Source: an uncultured candidatus Brocadiaceae bacterium | GTDB lineage: Bacteria > Planctomycetota > UBA1135 > UBA2386 | DNA length: 64,000 bases | Reading direction: 5' to 3' | Assembly: GCA_964542765.1 (NCBI GenBank) | Contig: CAZIVO010000001.1 | Coordinates: 390 to 64,389, forward strand | In this document: positions 37,061-46,319 of the stretch, one piece after another | How positions within the stretch are numbered: the first letter of the stretch is position 1 | How the letters are laid out: each line of letters starts with the position of its first letter | Position numbers and translations under genes: made by a program | The notes under the pieces: generated by a model | Told to the model about the DNA's origin: nothing | The model's input: only the letters and a program-made list of their open reading frames with translations | The model's database searches: none

Positions 37061-38236
37061 CTATTCCTGTGCGGGAGCCGGGAGAGATTCTCCGGGGCGG
37101 TAGCGGATCGCGTGGGCGAAGATGTAGTTCATCATCGGCAAGCCGAGCACGAGGCCCCAGATGCCGAAGATCTTGCCGCCGACGGTCAGGATGGCGAGGA
37201 CCAGAACCGGGTTCATCCGCAGATGATGGCCGTAGATGTTCGGGTTCAAGAAGTAGGTTTCGACGAAGTGGACGACCAGGATCAGGATGATGCACGCGAG
37301 CATCAACCCCGGGCCTGAGAGCATCATCTCCGGCCCCGAAGTCTGTAGAGCCACCAAGCAGATGGGTGTGGAACTGATGAAGACCCCGGCGACCGGGATG
37401 AAACTGCAGAAGAAGACGATCGTTGCCAGCACGACGATGTTCGGGATTCCCAGGATCGCCAGTCCGACCGAGGTCAGGGCCGTATTGACCAGGGCGATCA
37501 GGAACTGCGCTTCCAGCGCGCGGCCGAGCATGGTGCCGAAGTGCTGGACGCTCTCGGCAACCTCGTTGTAGATCCAGCCAATCTTGGTTTTTGCGAGGGC
37601 TTGGGTTGCACGCGTCAGCTTCTTCAGATCCAAGACGATCAGGAAGGAAAACAGCAGGGACAGGAAGAAAGCCGAGCCAATCGCGATGAGCGGCATGCCG
37701 ATGTTTTGCAGGATGGCCAGCACGCTGTCGAGGCTGCGCTTGCCCTCGATTGCGTCACCACCTTCGCCGGGTTGACTCCCGGCTACGCTGTCACCTTCGC
37801 CGGTGTTGAGCAGCGCGCTGATACCTTGCTCGGTGCTGAAGTCAGCGGGGATAGGCACCCCCCAGTCGGTGGCGACATCCTTGAAGGTGTCGTCCAGGTT
37901 TCCGAGGTAGGTCTTGTAGTTCTTGGCGAGGTTGACGGCCTGATCTTGAATATGAGGCACGACGAAGAAACCGGTTCCGGTCAGGATGCCGGTGAAAAGA
38001 AGGAAGACCAGCACCACGCGCACCATGCGGCTGGCGATCCAGCGACTCAGCTTGTCGACTCCATGTGCCTGGATATAGGCGAAGACGAAGGTCAGGAAGA
38101 CGAGCAGGAAGAAGGCGCGCAGGATGTAGATGATGGCAGCGATCGAACCCCACACGAAGGTCAGGGTTCCGATGCGGAAGATCCGGTCCCAGGGTGCGGG
38201 TAAGGGTTTCAGTGGTGGCTCGGGATGGCTGGCCAT
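37061..38236 (-). CDS. AI-2E family transporter (PerM/YhhT, UPF0118)
   Basis: About eight TM segments with the family-typical C-terminal pattern FIPVAG..., VHFVETYFLNPNIYG and GLVLGLP. Confidence 0.85.
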   Translation of the reverse strand: MASHPEPPLKPLPAPWDRIFRIGTLTFVWGSIAAIIYILRAFFLLVFLTFVFAYIQAHGVDKLSRWIASRMVRVVLVFLLFTGILTGTGFFVVPHIQDQAVNLAKNYKTYLGNLDDTFKDVATDWGVPIPADFSTEQGISALLNTGEGDSVAGSQPGEGGDAIEGKRSLDSVLAILQNIGMPLIAIGSAFFLSLLFSFLIVLDLKKLTRATQALAKTKIGWIYNEVAESVQHFGTMLGRALEAQFLIALVNTALTSVGLAILGIPNIVVLATIVFFCSFIPVAGVFISSTPICLVALQTSGPEMMLSGPGLMLACIILILVVHFVETYFLNPNIYGHHLRMNPVLVLAILTVGGKIFGIWGLVLGLPMMNYIFAHAIRYRPGESLPAPAQE

Positions 38237-38561
38237 GGTCTTCTTGTAACCCTTGCGGGGTTGGCTGCCAGCCTTCTGCTCAGGATGTGTTTCTCGCGTC
38301 AGGCCCGGCCCCCGTCACAGCAACTCTCGGGCTTGTCAGTGGCTGAGCCTGGCCCGGTCGATACCGGCAGGAAAAGCCCCCGGTAGGGCGGTTGCTGCAA
38401 TCTTCGGCAAGCTGTTGGTCGCGAGTCAGGTTTTGCGGCATCTCGAAGGGTTGCCCCAGGAGCTTGAACCCGGGATCAAAAAGCTGTCGTTTGTCAGAGC
38501 TTCTGAGCCTCTTTTCCGAGGCGGCTCCGACCCAACCGCTTTCGGCGATACCCTCTTTGCC

Positions 38562-39920
38562 ATGAAACTCCTGGTTCTCGACGTCGTTGGCTTGCGCTGG
38601 AAGGATCTGGCATTGGCCCCGGGTCTGCGTGGGCTTGGCGACGAGGGCTTTGCGGCTCCCATGACCACGGTCTTCCCGGCGGTCACCTGCACGGTCCAGG
38701 GGAGCTGGCTTACCGGCGCGTGGCCATCCGACCACGGCATCGTCGGAAATGGCTGGTACTTCCGTGATCTGGCGCAGGCGTGGTTGTGGCGCCAGTCGAA
38801 CCATCTCGTTCAGGGAGAGAAGTTCTACGAGATCGCGGCGGCGCAAGACCCCGAGTTTTCCTGCGCCAAGATTTTTTGGTGGTGGAACATGTATGCGCAG
38901 GTGGACTGGAGCGTCACGCCGCGGCCTGAATACCACGCCGATGGTCTGAAGAAGCCAGGTCTGTATTCGCATCCCCAGGACCTCCAGAGCCAACTCCAGG
39001 AACGTCATGGCCCGTTCCCGCTGTTCAACTTCTGGGGCCCGGCTGCTGACCTTCGCTCAACACGATGGATTGCTGATGCGGCGATCACCGTCATCGAGGA
39101 GCAGGACCCATCCGTTGCTCTGGTGTACTTGCCGCATCTCGACTACGACCATCAACGCTATGGCCCCGATGACCCTCGCTCACGGGCTGCGGTGGCCGAT
39201 GTCGATCGAGAGGCGATGCGGGTGGTTGCGGCGGCGCGAGCTCGCGGCGCCGAGATCATGGTGATGTCGGAATATGGGATCGAGAAGGCGCCTGTGCCGG
39301 TCATGATCAACAGGGTCTTGCACGATGCGGGTCTTCTGCGGGTCCAAGAAACCGGTCATGGGCAACTGCTCGATTATGGCGCCTGCAGTGCCTTCGCCGT
39401 TGTCGATCACCAAGTTGCGCATGTGTATGTCGCCAGCCCGGCGGACCTTTCGAGGACGCGAGAGCTCCTCGAGAAATTGCCAGGGGTGGAGCGGGTGCTC
39501 GATCGTGAGCAGCAAGCGGAGCTCCACATCGACCACGAGCGGAGCGGTGAGCTGGTCTGTATCGCCGAGCCGGGTTGCTGGTTCGCCTATCACTACTGGC
39601 TGGACGAGGATCGTCGCCCCGATTTTGCTACGACCGTCGATATTCACCGTAAGCCCGGCTATGACCCGACCGAGTTGTTCATCGATCCGAAGATCAGCTT
39701 TCCGAAGGCCAAGATCGCCGGCGCACTCTTGCGCAAGAAGCTCGGTTTTCGGTATCTGATGGACGTGATCTCGACGGATCCGACCCTCGTCCAGGGATCG
39801 CATGGCCGTCTGTTCGAGGACCCCGATGAGGGGCCTGTTTATCTGTGTTCGAGCGGTGCTTCCGGGGCGGACAGTGTCCACGCCACCGAGGTCCACGGCC
39901 GTATTCTCGATCTTCTCTGA
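38562..39920 (+). CDS. alkaline-phosphatase-superfamily nucleotide pyrophosphatase/phosphodiesterase (type I phosphodiesterase)
   Basis: Starts MKLLVLDVVGL. Contains FPAVTCTVQGSWLTGAWPSDHGIVGNGW (nucleophile Thr region), LPHLDYDHQRYGP and SEYG. Confidence 0.8.
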   Translation: MKLLVLDVVGLRWKDLALAPGLRGLGDEGFAAPMTTVFPAVTCTVQGSWLTGAWPSDHGIVGNGWYFRDLAQAWLWRQSNHLVQGEKFYEIAAAQDPEFSCAKIFWWWNMYAQVDWSVTPRPEYHADGLKKPGLYSHPQDLQSQLQERHGPFPLFNFWGPAADLRSTRWIADAAITVIEEQDPSVALVYLPHLDYDHQRYGPDDPRSRAAVADVDREAMRVVAAARARGAEIMVMSEYGIEKAPVPVMINRVLHDAGLLRVQETGHGQLLDYGACSAFAVVDHQVAHVYVASPADLSRTRELLEKLPGVERVLDREQQAELHIDHERSGELVCIAEPGCWFAYHYWLDEDRRPDFATTVDIHRKPGYDPTELFIDPKISFPKAKIAGALLRKKLGFRYLMDVISTDPTLVQGSHGRLFEDPDEGPVYLCSSGASGADSVHATEVHGRILDLL

Positions 39921-39931
39921 GAAATACGGCC

Positions 39932-41533
39932 TTACCGGGGAATCACGAGACGCGTGATATCTTCTCGGATCTCGACGGCTCGCTTGGAAGCGTCCTTTTG
40001 AAAGCTGAGCTTCCAGCGACCGCGACTTCTGCGCCTGCGGGAGTCTTCGTCCGTGCTCGTTTCCGCAGGTGTTGCATGGATCCCTACCTTCGCGAGAACT
40101 TCCGTGAAGGGGAGTTCTTGCGTGCCTTCGACATGGTTCGCGAAGAACTCTTCGAAGCTCCGCCCCGAGATTTCCTCGCACCATTTCTGGAGATCGCCAT
40201 CGGCGAAACCGGAGTTGCTCTCCAGGCATTGCCGGTAGAGCTCGCGCATGACATCGTCGAGCGACTTGCGATTGTTCGTGGCATCCCGGATCTCGATGTC
40301 GAGCAACATTCCCAGCAACTGCCCCTTGTTGTAGTAGTTGGGCGCGGTCATTCCCCTTCGCATGTAGGGGAAGTCCCACACGGTCCAGCTCGCTTCGGCA
40401 ACGCTTACCTTCAGGCGCCCCGGGTTTCGTTGCAGGGAGTTGATCTCGCTGGTGATGTTACTGGTCCAGTATCGCTCGGGATCCCACAGGCCGGCGCGAA
40501 CGCAAAGGAGGTCACCGTAATAGCTGGTGATCCCCTCACTGACCCACAGGTAGCGAGTTCTGTTGGCTTCCTTGTCGGCGTAGTCGAACGGGCCCAGAGC
40601 CTTCGGCCGCAGGCGCTTGACATTCCACAGATGGAAATATTCATGGCTGACGAGAGAATCCCACATGGAGTGATGATCCTCACGGGATCCGCTGAGGTTC
40701 ATCATCGTCATGTTGGTCGAGTTCAGGTGTTCGAGCCCGCCTCCACCGGGATAGCCCGTCAAGAATACGTAGCGGTCGTAGGGGAGCTCTCCCCACATGT
40801 CGACGTTCGCGAGGACGATCTTGCGCCAGCGCTCAACCAGCGCTTCACGATCGTTATCGTCCCGCTCGAAGCCGGAGAGGATCACCTCGTGCTTCTTGCC
40901 GCCGACATCGAATCCGAGCTTCTCGAACTTACCCATGTGAACAGGGCAGTCCGTAAACACGTCGTAGTCCGGGCAGGTGAAGCTCTTCGGGTCAGCAGTC
41001 GGGCGCATTCCGGTGGCAACGTCCCAGCCCGCTGGCAAGTCGAAGGAGGCCCGGTGTTCGACATCGAGTCTGCCGGGCACGTAGAGCCAGGTCTGAGGTC
41101 CTTCGAGGAGGTAGGCCGGGTATTGCCGGGTTGTGCGCCCTTCGATTTCGAGCCGCTCCTGGCGGCCGATGCCACGTCGGCTCATGTCGAGTTCGTAGCT
41201 TATGGTGACCGTGTTGGTGGCAGCGGTCGGCATGGCCCAGGAACTGTCGCCGATTTTTGTGACGGAGAGGTCTTTGCCTTCGCCGTCGACAGCGCTCACC
41301 GACTCGATGTAGCGTGCGAAATTGAGAACCCTGTAGGAGCCGGGCTTCCAGATCGGCATGGCCACCTCCAACCGTTCCCGGTCGATTCCTTCCACGCGCA
41401 TCTCGACGTGAGCGGTGGGCATTCCGTGGTCGAAGCTGAGGGTGTGATGAACCCCGCTGACATCTCGGTCGGCCTGTCCGGCCAGTGGAGTAGCAATGAG
41501 CGCTATCAGCGCGAAGGCGGCACGGTTGTTCAT
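39932..41533 (-). CDS. M61 (glycyl aminopeptidase) family metallopeptidase, secreted
   Basis: ATG 41533 follows GAGGA and begins the signal peptide MNNRAAFALIALIATPLAG. The HExxH motif is in SHEYFHLWNVKRL, followed by WVSEGITSYY. Confidence 0.8.
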   Translation of the reverse strand: MNNRAAFALIALIATPLAGQADRDVSGVHHTLSFDHGMPTAHVEMRVEGIDRERLEVAMPIWKPGSYRVLNFARYIESVSAVDGEGKDLSVTKIGDSSWAMPTAATNTVTISYELDMSRRGIGRQERLEIEGRTTRQYPAYLLEGPQTWLYVPGRLDVEHRASFDLPAGWDVATGMRPTADPKSFTCPDYDVFTDCPVHMGKFEKLGFDVGGKKHEVILSGFERDDNDREALVERWRKIVLANVDMWGELPYDRYVFLTGYPGGGGLEHLNSTNMTMMNLSGSREDHHSMWDSLVSHEYFHLWNVKRLRPKALGPFDYADKEANRTRYLWVSEGITSYYGDLLCVRAGLWDPERYWTSNITSEINSLQRNPGRLKVSVAEASWTVWDFPYMRRGMTAPNYYNKGQLLGMLLDIEIRDATNNRKSLDDVMRELYRQCLESNSGFADGDLQKWCEEISGRSFEEFFANHVEGTQELPFTEVLAKVGIHATPAETSTDEDSRRRRSRGRWKLSFQKDASKRAVEIREDITRLVIPR

Positions 41534-41678
41534 GTTGGGAGGTCCTCTTCGTTGTGCGCTCGAGCGTTGGCGGTGAGATGGTTTTGCCGTCGAGACGATT
41601 GTCCTGTCCCGGCCTTTGAAAGTCTTCATCCGGCTTGCCCGCAGATCTTTTCTTCCCGTGTTTGTGCGGGGGTACATG

Positions 41679-41708
41679 CCACGGGCCGACGCGATGGTCG
41701 GCCCGTGG
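41679..41708 (-). terminator. perfect 12-bp hairpin downstream of groEL, no U-tract
   Basis: CCACGGGCCGAC-GCGATG-GTCGGCCCGTGG lies between the groEL stop (41731) and the M61 gene start. Confidence 0.4.
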
Positions 41709-41730
41709 TGAATCGGAAGTTGCTGGTGGC

Positions 41731-43356
41731 TCAGTAGCCCATATCGTCTTCTTCCATGCCGCCCTTCTTGCCCTTCTTTTCGGGCGCAACCGAGACGAGG
41801 GCCTCGGTGGTCAGCAGCAAGATGGCGACGGAAGCAGCGTTCTGGAGCGCCGAACTGACAACCTTCGCAGGGTCGATCACGCCGGCCTTCACCAGGTCCT
41901 CGTACTTGTCGGTCGCGGCGTTGTAGCCAAAGCTGTTGCCTTCACCATCGCGGACGGTTTGGATCACGATCGATCCTTCCGCGCCGGCATTGGTGGCAAT
42001 CTGGCGCAACGGAGCTTCCAGAGCCCGGGAGACGATGTCCGCACCGATGCGTTCGTCGCCGCCGACCTTCAGGTTCTTGATGACTTTTTGAGCGCTGAGG
42101 AGTGCCACGCCACCGCCTGGCAAGATGCCGCTTTCGACGGCTGCGCGGGTTGCGTGCAGAGCGTCTTCGACGCGGGCCTTCTTTTCCTTCATCTCGGCCT
42201 CGGTGGCTGCGCCCACCATGATCTGTGCGACGCCACCCGAGAGCTTGGCCAAGCGCTCTTGCAGTTTTTCACAATCATAATCCGAGGAGGTCTTGTCGAT
42301 CTCGTTGCGGATTTGGGCGATGCGCCCCTGGACGTCGCGGTCCTTGCCACTGCCCTCGATGACCGTGGTGTCGTCCTTGGAGACGATGACCTTCTTGGCG
42401 CTACCCAGATCGGCGGTGGTCAGGGACTCCATGGAGATGCCCAGATCTTCGAAGATGGCCTTGCCACCGGTCAGGACGGCAATGTCTTCCATCATCGCCT
42501 TGCGACGATCGCCGAAGCCGGGAGCCTTGACGGCAACGCATGAGAACACGCCGCGCAACTTGTTGACGACGAGCGTTGCCAGAGCTTCACCCTCGACGTC
42601 TTCAGCGATGATCAAAAGCGGCCTGCCGGACTGGGCGACCTTCTCGAGCAGCGGCAGCATGTCCTTGATACTCGAGATTTTCTTCTCGTGGACGAAGATC
42701 CACGGGTTCTCGAACACGCATTCCATGCGGTCGGGGTTGGTGACGAAGTGTGGCGACAGGTAGCCCTTGTCGAACTGCATGCCCTCGACCCATTCGACGT
42801 GGGTGTCGAGGCTTTTGCCTTCTTCCACCGTGATGACGCCGTCTTCTCCGACCCTGTCCATGGCGTCGGCCAGGATCTTGCCGATCTCGCTGTCGTTGTT
42901 CGCCGCGATGGCGCCAATCTGGGCGATTTCCTTCTTGCCCTTGACCGTTGTCGAGCGCTTCTTGAGGCTGTCGACGACAGCAGCAACGGCCTTCTCGATT
43001 CCTCGCTTGATCGAGATGGGGTTCGCGCCGGCAGTCACGTTGCGGATGCCTTCTTCGAAGATGGCTTCGGCGAGGACGGTTGCTGTGGTTGTTCCGTCAC
43101 CGGCCACGTCCGATGTTTTCGAGGCGACTTCACGGACGAGTTCCGCGCCCATTTTCTCGTACTTGTCTTCGAGGTCGATCTCTTTGGCAACGGTCACGCC
43201 ATCCTTGGTGACGGTCGGGCTACCGAATGATTTCTCGATGATGACGTTTCGGCCGCGCGGGCCCAAGGTGACCTTCACTGCGCGTGCGAGTTGTCTGACG
43301 CCGTCGCGCATGCGTTCGCGGGCTTCCTGGTCATATGCGATTTTCTTGACTGCCAT
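41731..43356 (-). CDS. groEL: chaperonin GroEL (Cpn60)
   Basis: 541 aa with unmistakable family motifs: [28 protein letters not shown]. Confidence 0.97.
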   Translation of the reverse strand: MAVKKIAYDQEARERMRDGVRQLARAVKVTLGPRGRNVIIEKSFGSPTVTKDGVTVAKEIDLEDKYEKMGAELVREVASKTSDVAGDGTTTATVLAEAIFEEGIRNVTAGANPISIKRGIEKAVAAVVDSLKKRSTTVKGKKEIAQIGAIAANNDSEIGKILADAMDRVGEDGVITVEEGKSLDTHVEWVEGMQFDKGYLSPHFVTNPDRMECVFENPWIFVHEKKISSIKDMLPLLEKVAQSGRPLLIIAEDVEGEALATLVVNKLRGVFSCVAVKAPGFGDRRKAMMEDIAVLTGGKAIFEDLGISMESLTTADLGSAKKVIVSKDDTTVIEGSGKDRDVQGRIAQIRNEIDKTSSDYDCEKLQERLAKLSGGVAQIMVGAATEAEMKEKKARVEDALHATRAAVESGILPGGGVALLSAQKVIKNLKVGGDERIGADIVSRALEAPLRQIATNAGAEGSIVIQTVRDGEGNSFGYNAATDKYEDLVKAGVIDPAKVVSSALQNAASVAILLLTTEALVSVAPEKKGKKGGMEEDDMGY

Positions 43357-43413
43357 GATTCTTGTGTCCTGTAATTCGAATGTCGTTGTTCAGTAATGCG
43401 GTTGTTGCGGTCC

Positions 43414-43719
43414 TCAGTTGACGACAGCGAGAATTTCGTCTTCGCCGAGGATGATGTAATCCTCGCCATCGACCTTGATCTCGGATCCTGCGTAAGAAGA
43501 GAACAGCACGCGATCGTGTGGTTTGACCGTGAAGTCGGCGCGCTTGCCGCTATCGAGAAGCTGGCCGGAGCCAACTGCGATGACGCTGCCTTCGCGTGGT
43601 TTTTCCTTGGCGGAGTCCGGGAGGATGATGCCGCCTTTGGTGGTTTCCTCCGCGTCGTGTCGCTTGATAAGGACGCGATCGCCGAGAGGTGTGATGGTTG
43701 CAGTCTTGGTCTTCGCCAT
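43414..43719 (-). CDS. groES: co-chaperonin GroES (Cpn10)
   Basis: Contains [28 protein letters not shown] and [15 protein letters not shown] lies upstream of ATG 43719. Confidence 0.95.
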   Translation of the reverse strand: MAKTKTATITPLGDRVLIKRHDAEETTKGGIILPDSAKEKPREGSVIAVGSGQLLDSGKRADFTVKPHDRVLFSSYAGSEIKVDGEDYIILGEDEILAVVN

Positions 43720-43790
43720 GCTTGGGTTCCTTCGCTGAATGGGAGTCGGTGTCAAAGAGGTGAGTTTGTCGGTTTCTGTTCCTCGGAAGA

Positions 43791-44189
43791 TCAGCCGGGA
43801 TATGGCCCCGGGCCGAAGTGATGATCGATCAGCTGATCCACCGTTTGGCGAAGTTTCGCCAGGTCGAGAGGCTTGCGCAGGAAGGTGAACACACCCTGGT
43901 CGATCGCGGCCCTGGTCTCCTCGGGAGTGGCTTGACCGGACATCATGATCGAGGGCAGGGCAACGCGCACCTCCTTGTGGATCGATTGCAGCACTTCAAG
44001 GCCGGTGATTCCCGGCAAGTGCAGATCCAGGATACTGAAATCGAGCCGAATGGAGCGAGCGAGTTCGATGGCCTCGAAGCCATCGGGAGTCGAGTAAACG
44101 ACCCAGTTCTGCTGCTGCAGAACCTCTGAGAGGCTGCAGCGCAGTGGGTCGTCATCTTCTACCAAGAGGATCGAGAACTGGCGTGCCAT
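43791..44189 (-). CDS. single-domain CheY-like response regulator
   Basis: Contains [19 protein letters not shown] and LRKP. Confidence 0.85.
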   Translation of the reverse strand: MARQFSILLVEDDDPLRCSLSEVLQQQNWVVYSTPDGFEAIELARSIRLDFSILDLHLPGITGLEVLQSIHKEVRVALPSIMMSGQATPEETRAAIDQGVFTFLRKPLDLAKLRQTVDQLIDHHFGPGPYPG

Positions 44190-44385
44190 GGATGAACTCG
44201 GCCTGAACCATCAGGTCCATCTCCAGAAGCAAGCTCTGTGCCGACCCCTTCGGATACTAGCTAAGGCCTTTCAAATAAGACCCTTACAGAAAATCTCAGA
44301 CCCTTGTGATCGCCGCAGCGCTGCCAGCATGGCAGGGCAAAGCCTCCGCCCGCATGACAACCTGTCACTGCTGGCCTCCGAGAGC

Positions 44386-44676
44386 TCAGAAATCGTCATC
44401 ATCGTCGCCGAAATCCTCCTCATCATCGGAGAGATCCGGAAAGTCCAGTTCTTCGATTTCGGCCTCGTTGTCATCGGGCGCCCAATCCTCGTCGGTGTCC
44501 TCCTCGGGAGGGGCGTCTTCGTCCTCATCGTAGGAGGAAAGCACCTGATCCCAGTCTGCGACCGGAATGGGCGCGTTGCAGGCCATGCAGATACTGTCGT
44601 TTTCGGACAGGTCTTCGAGGGCCTCGAGATCCCGATAGACCTTCGAGCATTCGGGGCAGCGAACGGTCTGGCTCAT
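44386..44676 (-). CDS. small zinc-ribbon protein with extremely acidic C-terminal tail
   Basis: ATG 44676 follows GGGAG. CPEC...CMAC forms a four-Cys ribbon. About the last 50 residues are largely Asp/Glu (EDEDAPPEEDTDEDW...DDEEDFGDDDDDF). Confidence 0.55.
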   Translation of the reverse strand: MSQTVRCPECSKVYRDLEALEDLSENDSICMACNAPIPVADWDQVLSSYDEDEDAPPEEDTDEDWAPDDNEAEIEELDFPDLSDDEEDFGDDDDDF

Positions 44677-44787
44677 GACGGGTAATCTCCCATGAAAGGC
44701 CTCGTGGTCCCGACGGAGCTCCTTTTTCGACTGATGATCACGGGGCCATAATCCATAGCACCCCGATTCCTTGGCGAAAAGAGGGGA

Positions 44788-45303
44788 GTGTTCCGAAAGA
44801 CGAATTTGAAGCATTCGCCTGAAGATGCCGATGAACTCCTTGTGAGGCGTGCAAATGTGGTGATCGTGGCTTTTGGCCTGATGGCGGCCGTGGCGCTGGG
44901 TTTGATGATGCGCCATCTGGCCGAACTTCGAGGCGAGTCATTGCGTGATCTGGGCCAGCGTGAGGTCCGGAAGGTCTTTGGGGGCCGCCTGGCGGCTCCC
45001 GCGCAGTTGAGTTATCGAGACGATGGTCGTCGGGTGGTCATCACGATCCAGCCACGCCTCCCATCCTCAAGCCGTCGCCTGGCGGTGGAGGTGGGCCAGT
45101 TCGTCTGGCGACATATGGATGGCGACGAGGCACCCGAAGAGGTCGAGGTCATCACCATCCAAGGTGCTGGTGGCTCGCAGACTCGTCTTGTGGTGGAGCG
45201 GCCCTACATCAGCACGAAGAAGCTTGCTCCTTCGCCCGTGGTCACGGAGCGCGGGACCGACCCGAAGGCGGTGGTCGGTTCGCCGCAGCCCGGCGATCGC
45301 TAG
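44788..45303 (+). CDS. hypothetical membrane-anchored protein
   Basis: It is the only sizable ORF in this position and has one TM segment (VVIVAFGLMAAVALGLMM). The start is uncertain (GTG 44788). Confidence 0.45.
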   Translation: MFRKTNLKHSPEDADELLVRRANVVIVAFGLMAAVALGLMMRHLAELRGESLRDLGQREVRKVFGGRLAAPAQLSYRDDGRRVVITIQPRLPSSSRRLAVEVGQFVWRHMDGDEAPEEVEVITIQGAGGSQTRLVVERPYISTKKLAPSPVVTERGTDPKAVVGSPQPGDR

Positions 45304-45364
45304 CGGCCGAGAGGCGCGGCGCAATTCCAGCAGCGAATGGCTTATCCTGTCCGGCATCGTCGGT

Positions 45365-46135
45365 ATGAACTCAAACCTCCGATCCGCCACGGCCTCTTCT
45401 CTGTTCTTGCTGTGCAGCGCCTGCGCTGTACAGGAAGACGAACCCGTCATCCCGGTCGCCGAGCTCTGGTCTCGCGCTGATCAGGCCTTGCTGGACGATC
45501 GAAAGGCGCGTGCGCTCGCCCTTGCGGATCGCGCCGTCAAGGCAGAGCCGAGCGCGCGCGGTCACGTTCGACGTGGGATGATGAGATTCCAGCTGGCCGA
45601 GGTGAACACATCGATCGCCGATTTTGACCGCGCCGTGGAACTGGAACCGTCTTCGGAACCCTATCTCTGGCAACGCGGCATCTCGCAGTACTACGCCGGT
45701 ATGTTCAGACAGGGGCGCGAGCAATTCGAAAGCCACCGCAAGGTGAACGGTGACGATGTCGAGAATTCGGCATGGCACTTCCTGTGCGCGGCGCGAGAAC
45801 TGTCGCCGGCGCAGGCGCAAGCGCGCTTCTTACGGATCGAAACGAGCGTCGACGGAACCTTCCCCGACCGGCGCGTGCCGATGCAGCAGATCTACGAGCT
45901 GTTTGCTGGAACCGGTGATGAGGCACGCGTGCTCGAGGCGACGGTGCGGCACGGTGGTAGGGCAAGGTTCTATGCTCAACTCTATATAGGCCTTCACCAC
46001 GAGGCCTTTGGCCGCAACCAGCAAGCCCGCGAACATCTTGACAAGGCCGCGGAGCTGAGCGATGCCGGCGGCTACATGGGGAGCGTGGCTCTGGTCCACG
46101 TGCAGCGACTGTCCGACGAGAACCGGCGTGATTGA
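45365..46135 (+). CDS. TPR-like lipoprotein
   Basis: Lipobox in MNSNLRSATASSLFLLCSAC, followed by a helical-repeat body. The upstream part of ORF 45023..46135 is not supported. Confidence 0.6.
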   Translation: MNSNLRSATASSLFLLCSACAVQEDEPVIPVAELWSRADQALLDDRKARALALADRAVKAEPSARGHVRRGMMRFQLAEVNTSIADFDRAVELEPSSEPYLWQRGISQYYAGMFRQGREQFESHRKVNGDDVENSAWHFLCAARELSPAQAQARFLRIETSVDGTFPDRRVPMQQIYELFAGTGDEARVLEATVRHGGRARFYAQLYIGLHHEAFGRNQQAREHLDKAAELSDAGGYMGSVALVHVQRLSDENRRD

Positions 46136-46319
46136 ATCCGCGCCGCGAGTCCCTGCCTCGATCCCCGCCACCGCCCGTGCTTCATGGCAGGGTCAGTCGC
46201 TTCAGGACCATGCTTTTTGAGAGCTTGGATCGCCCTCTGATGCCGAAGCACTGAGTCTTTCGAGAGAGCTTTTTCGGGGAGTTTCTACCCATGCGCAGCC
46301 TGTCCCGCTCAGATGGCAT

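Noticed and set aside
36975-37295. N-terminal extensions of long ORFs: 35145..37295, and likewise 59054..61177 beyond 60589, 17050..18552 beyond 18072, 38253..38561 and 45023..45364.
   Set aside because: The extensions are Arg/Pro-rich and overlap neighbouring genes or promoter regions. They also precede internal starts that yield canonical signal peptides or family-typical N-termini.
38237-38561. A structured RNA or small gene in the 326-nt divergent gap between the AI-2E transporter and phosphodiesterase genes.
   Set aside because: Only short weak hairpins were found, such as GCCTC-TTTTCC-GAGGC. There is no convincing ORF or conserved RNA motif, so it is most simply a divergent promoter region.
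39845-41737. A 630-aa ORF on the plus strand, the longest antisense ORF in the window.
   Set aside because: It lies entirely antisense to the well-supported M61 peptidase gene (HExxH, signal peptide, RBS). Its Arg/Gly/Ala/Val-rich composition has no motifs, which is the typical stop-codon-poor antisense frame of GC-rich DNA.
43720-43790. A CIRCE (HrcA) operator or sigma32 promoter upstream of groES.
   Set aside because: There is no TTAGCACTC-N9-GAGTGCTAA-like inverted repeat. TTGACA is present but has no properly spaced -10 element or CCCCAT box.
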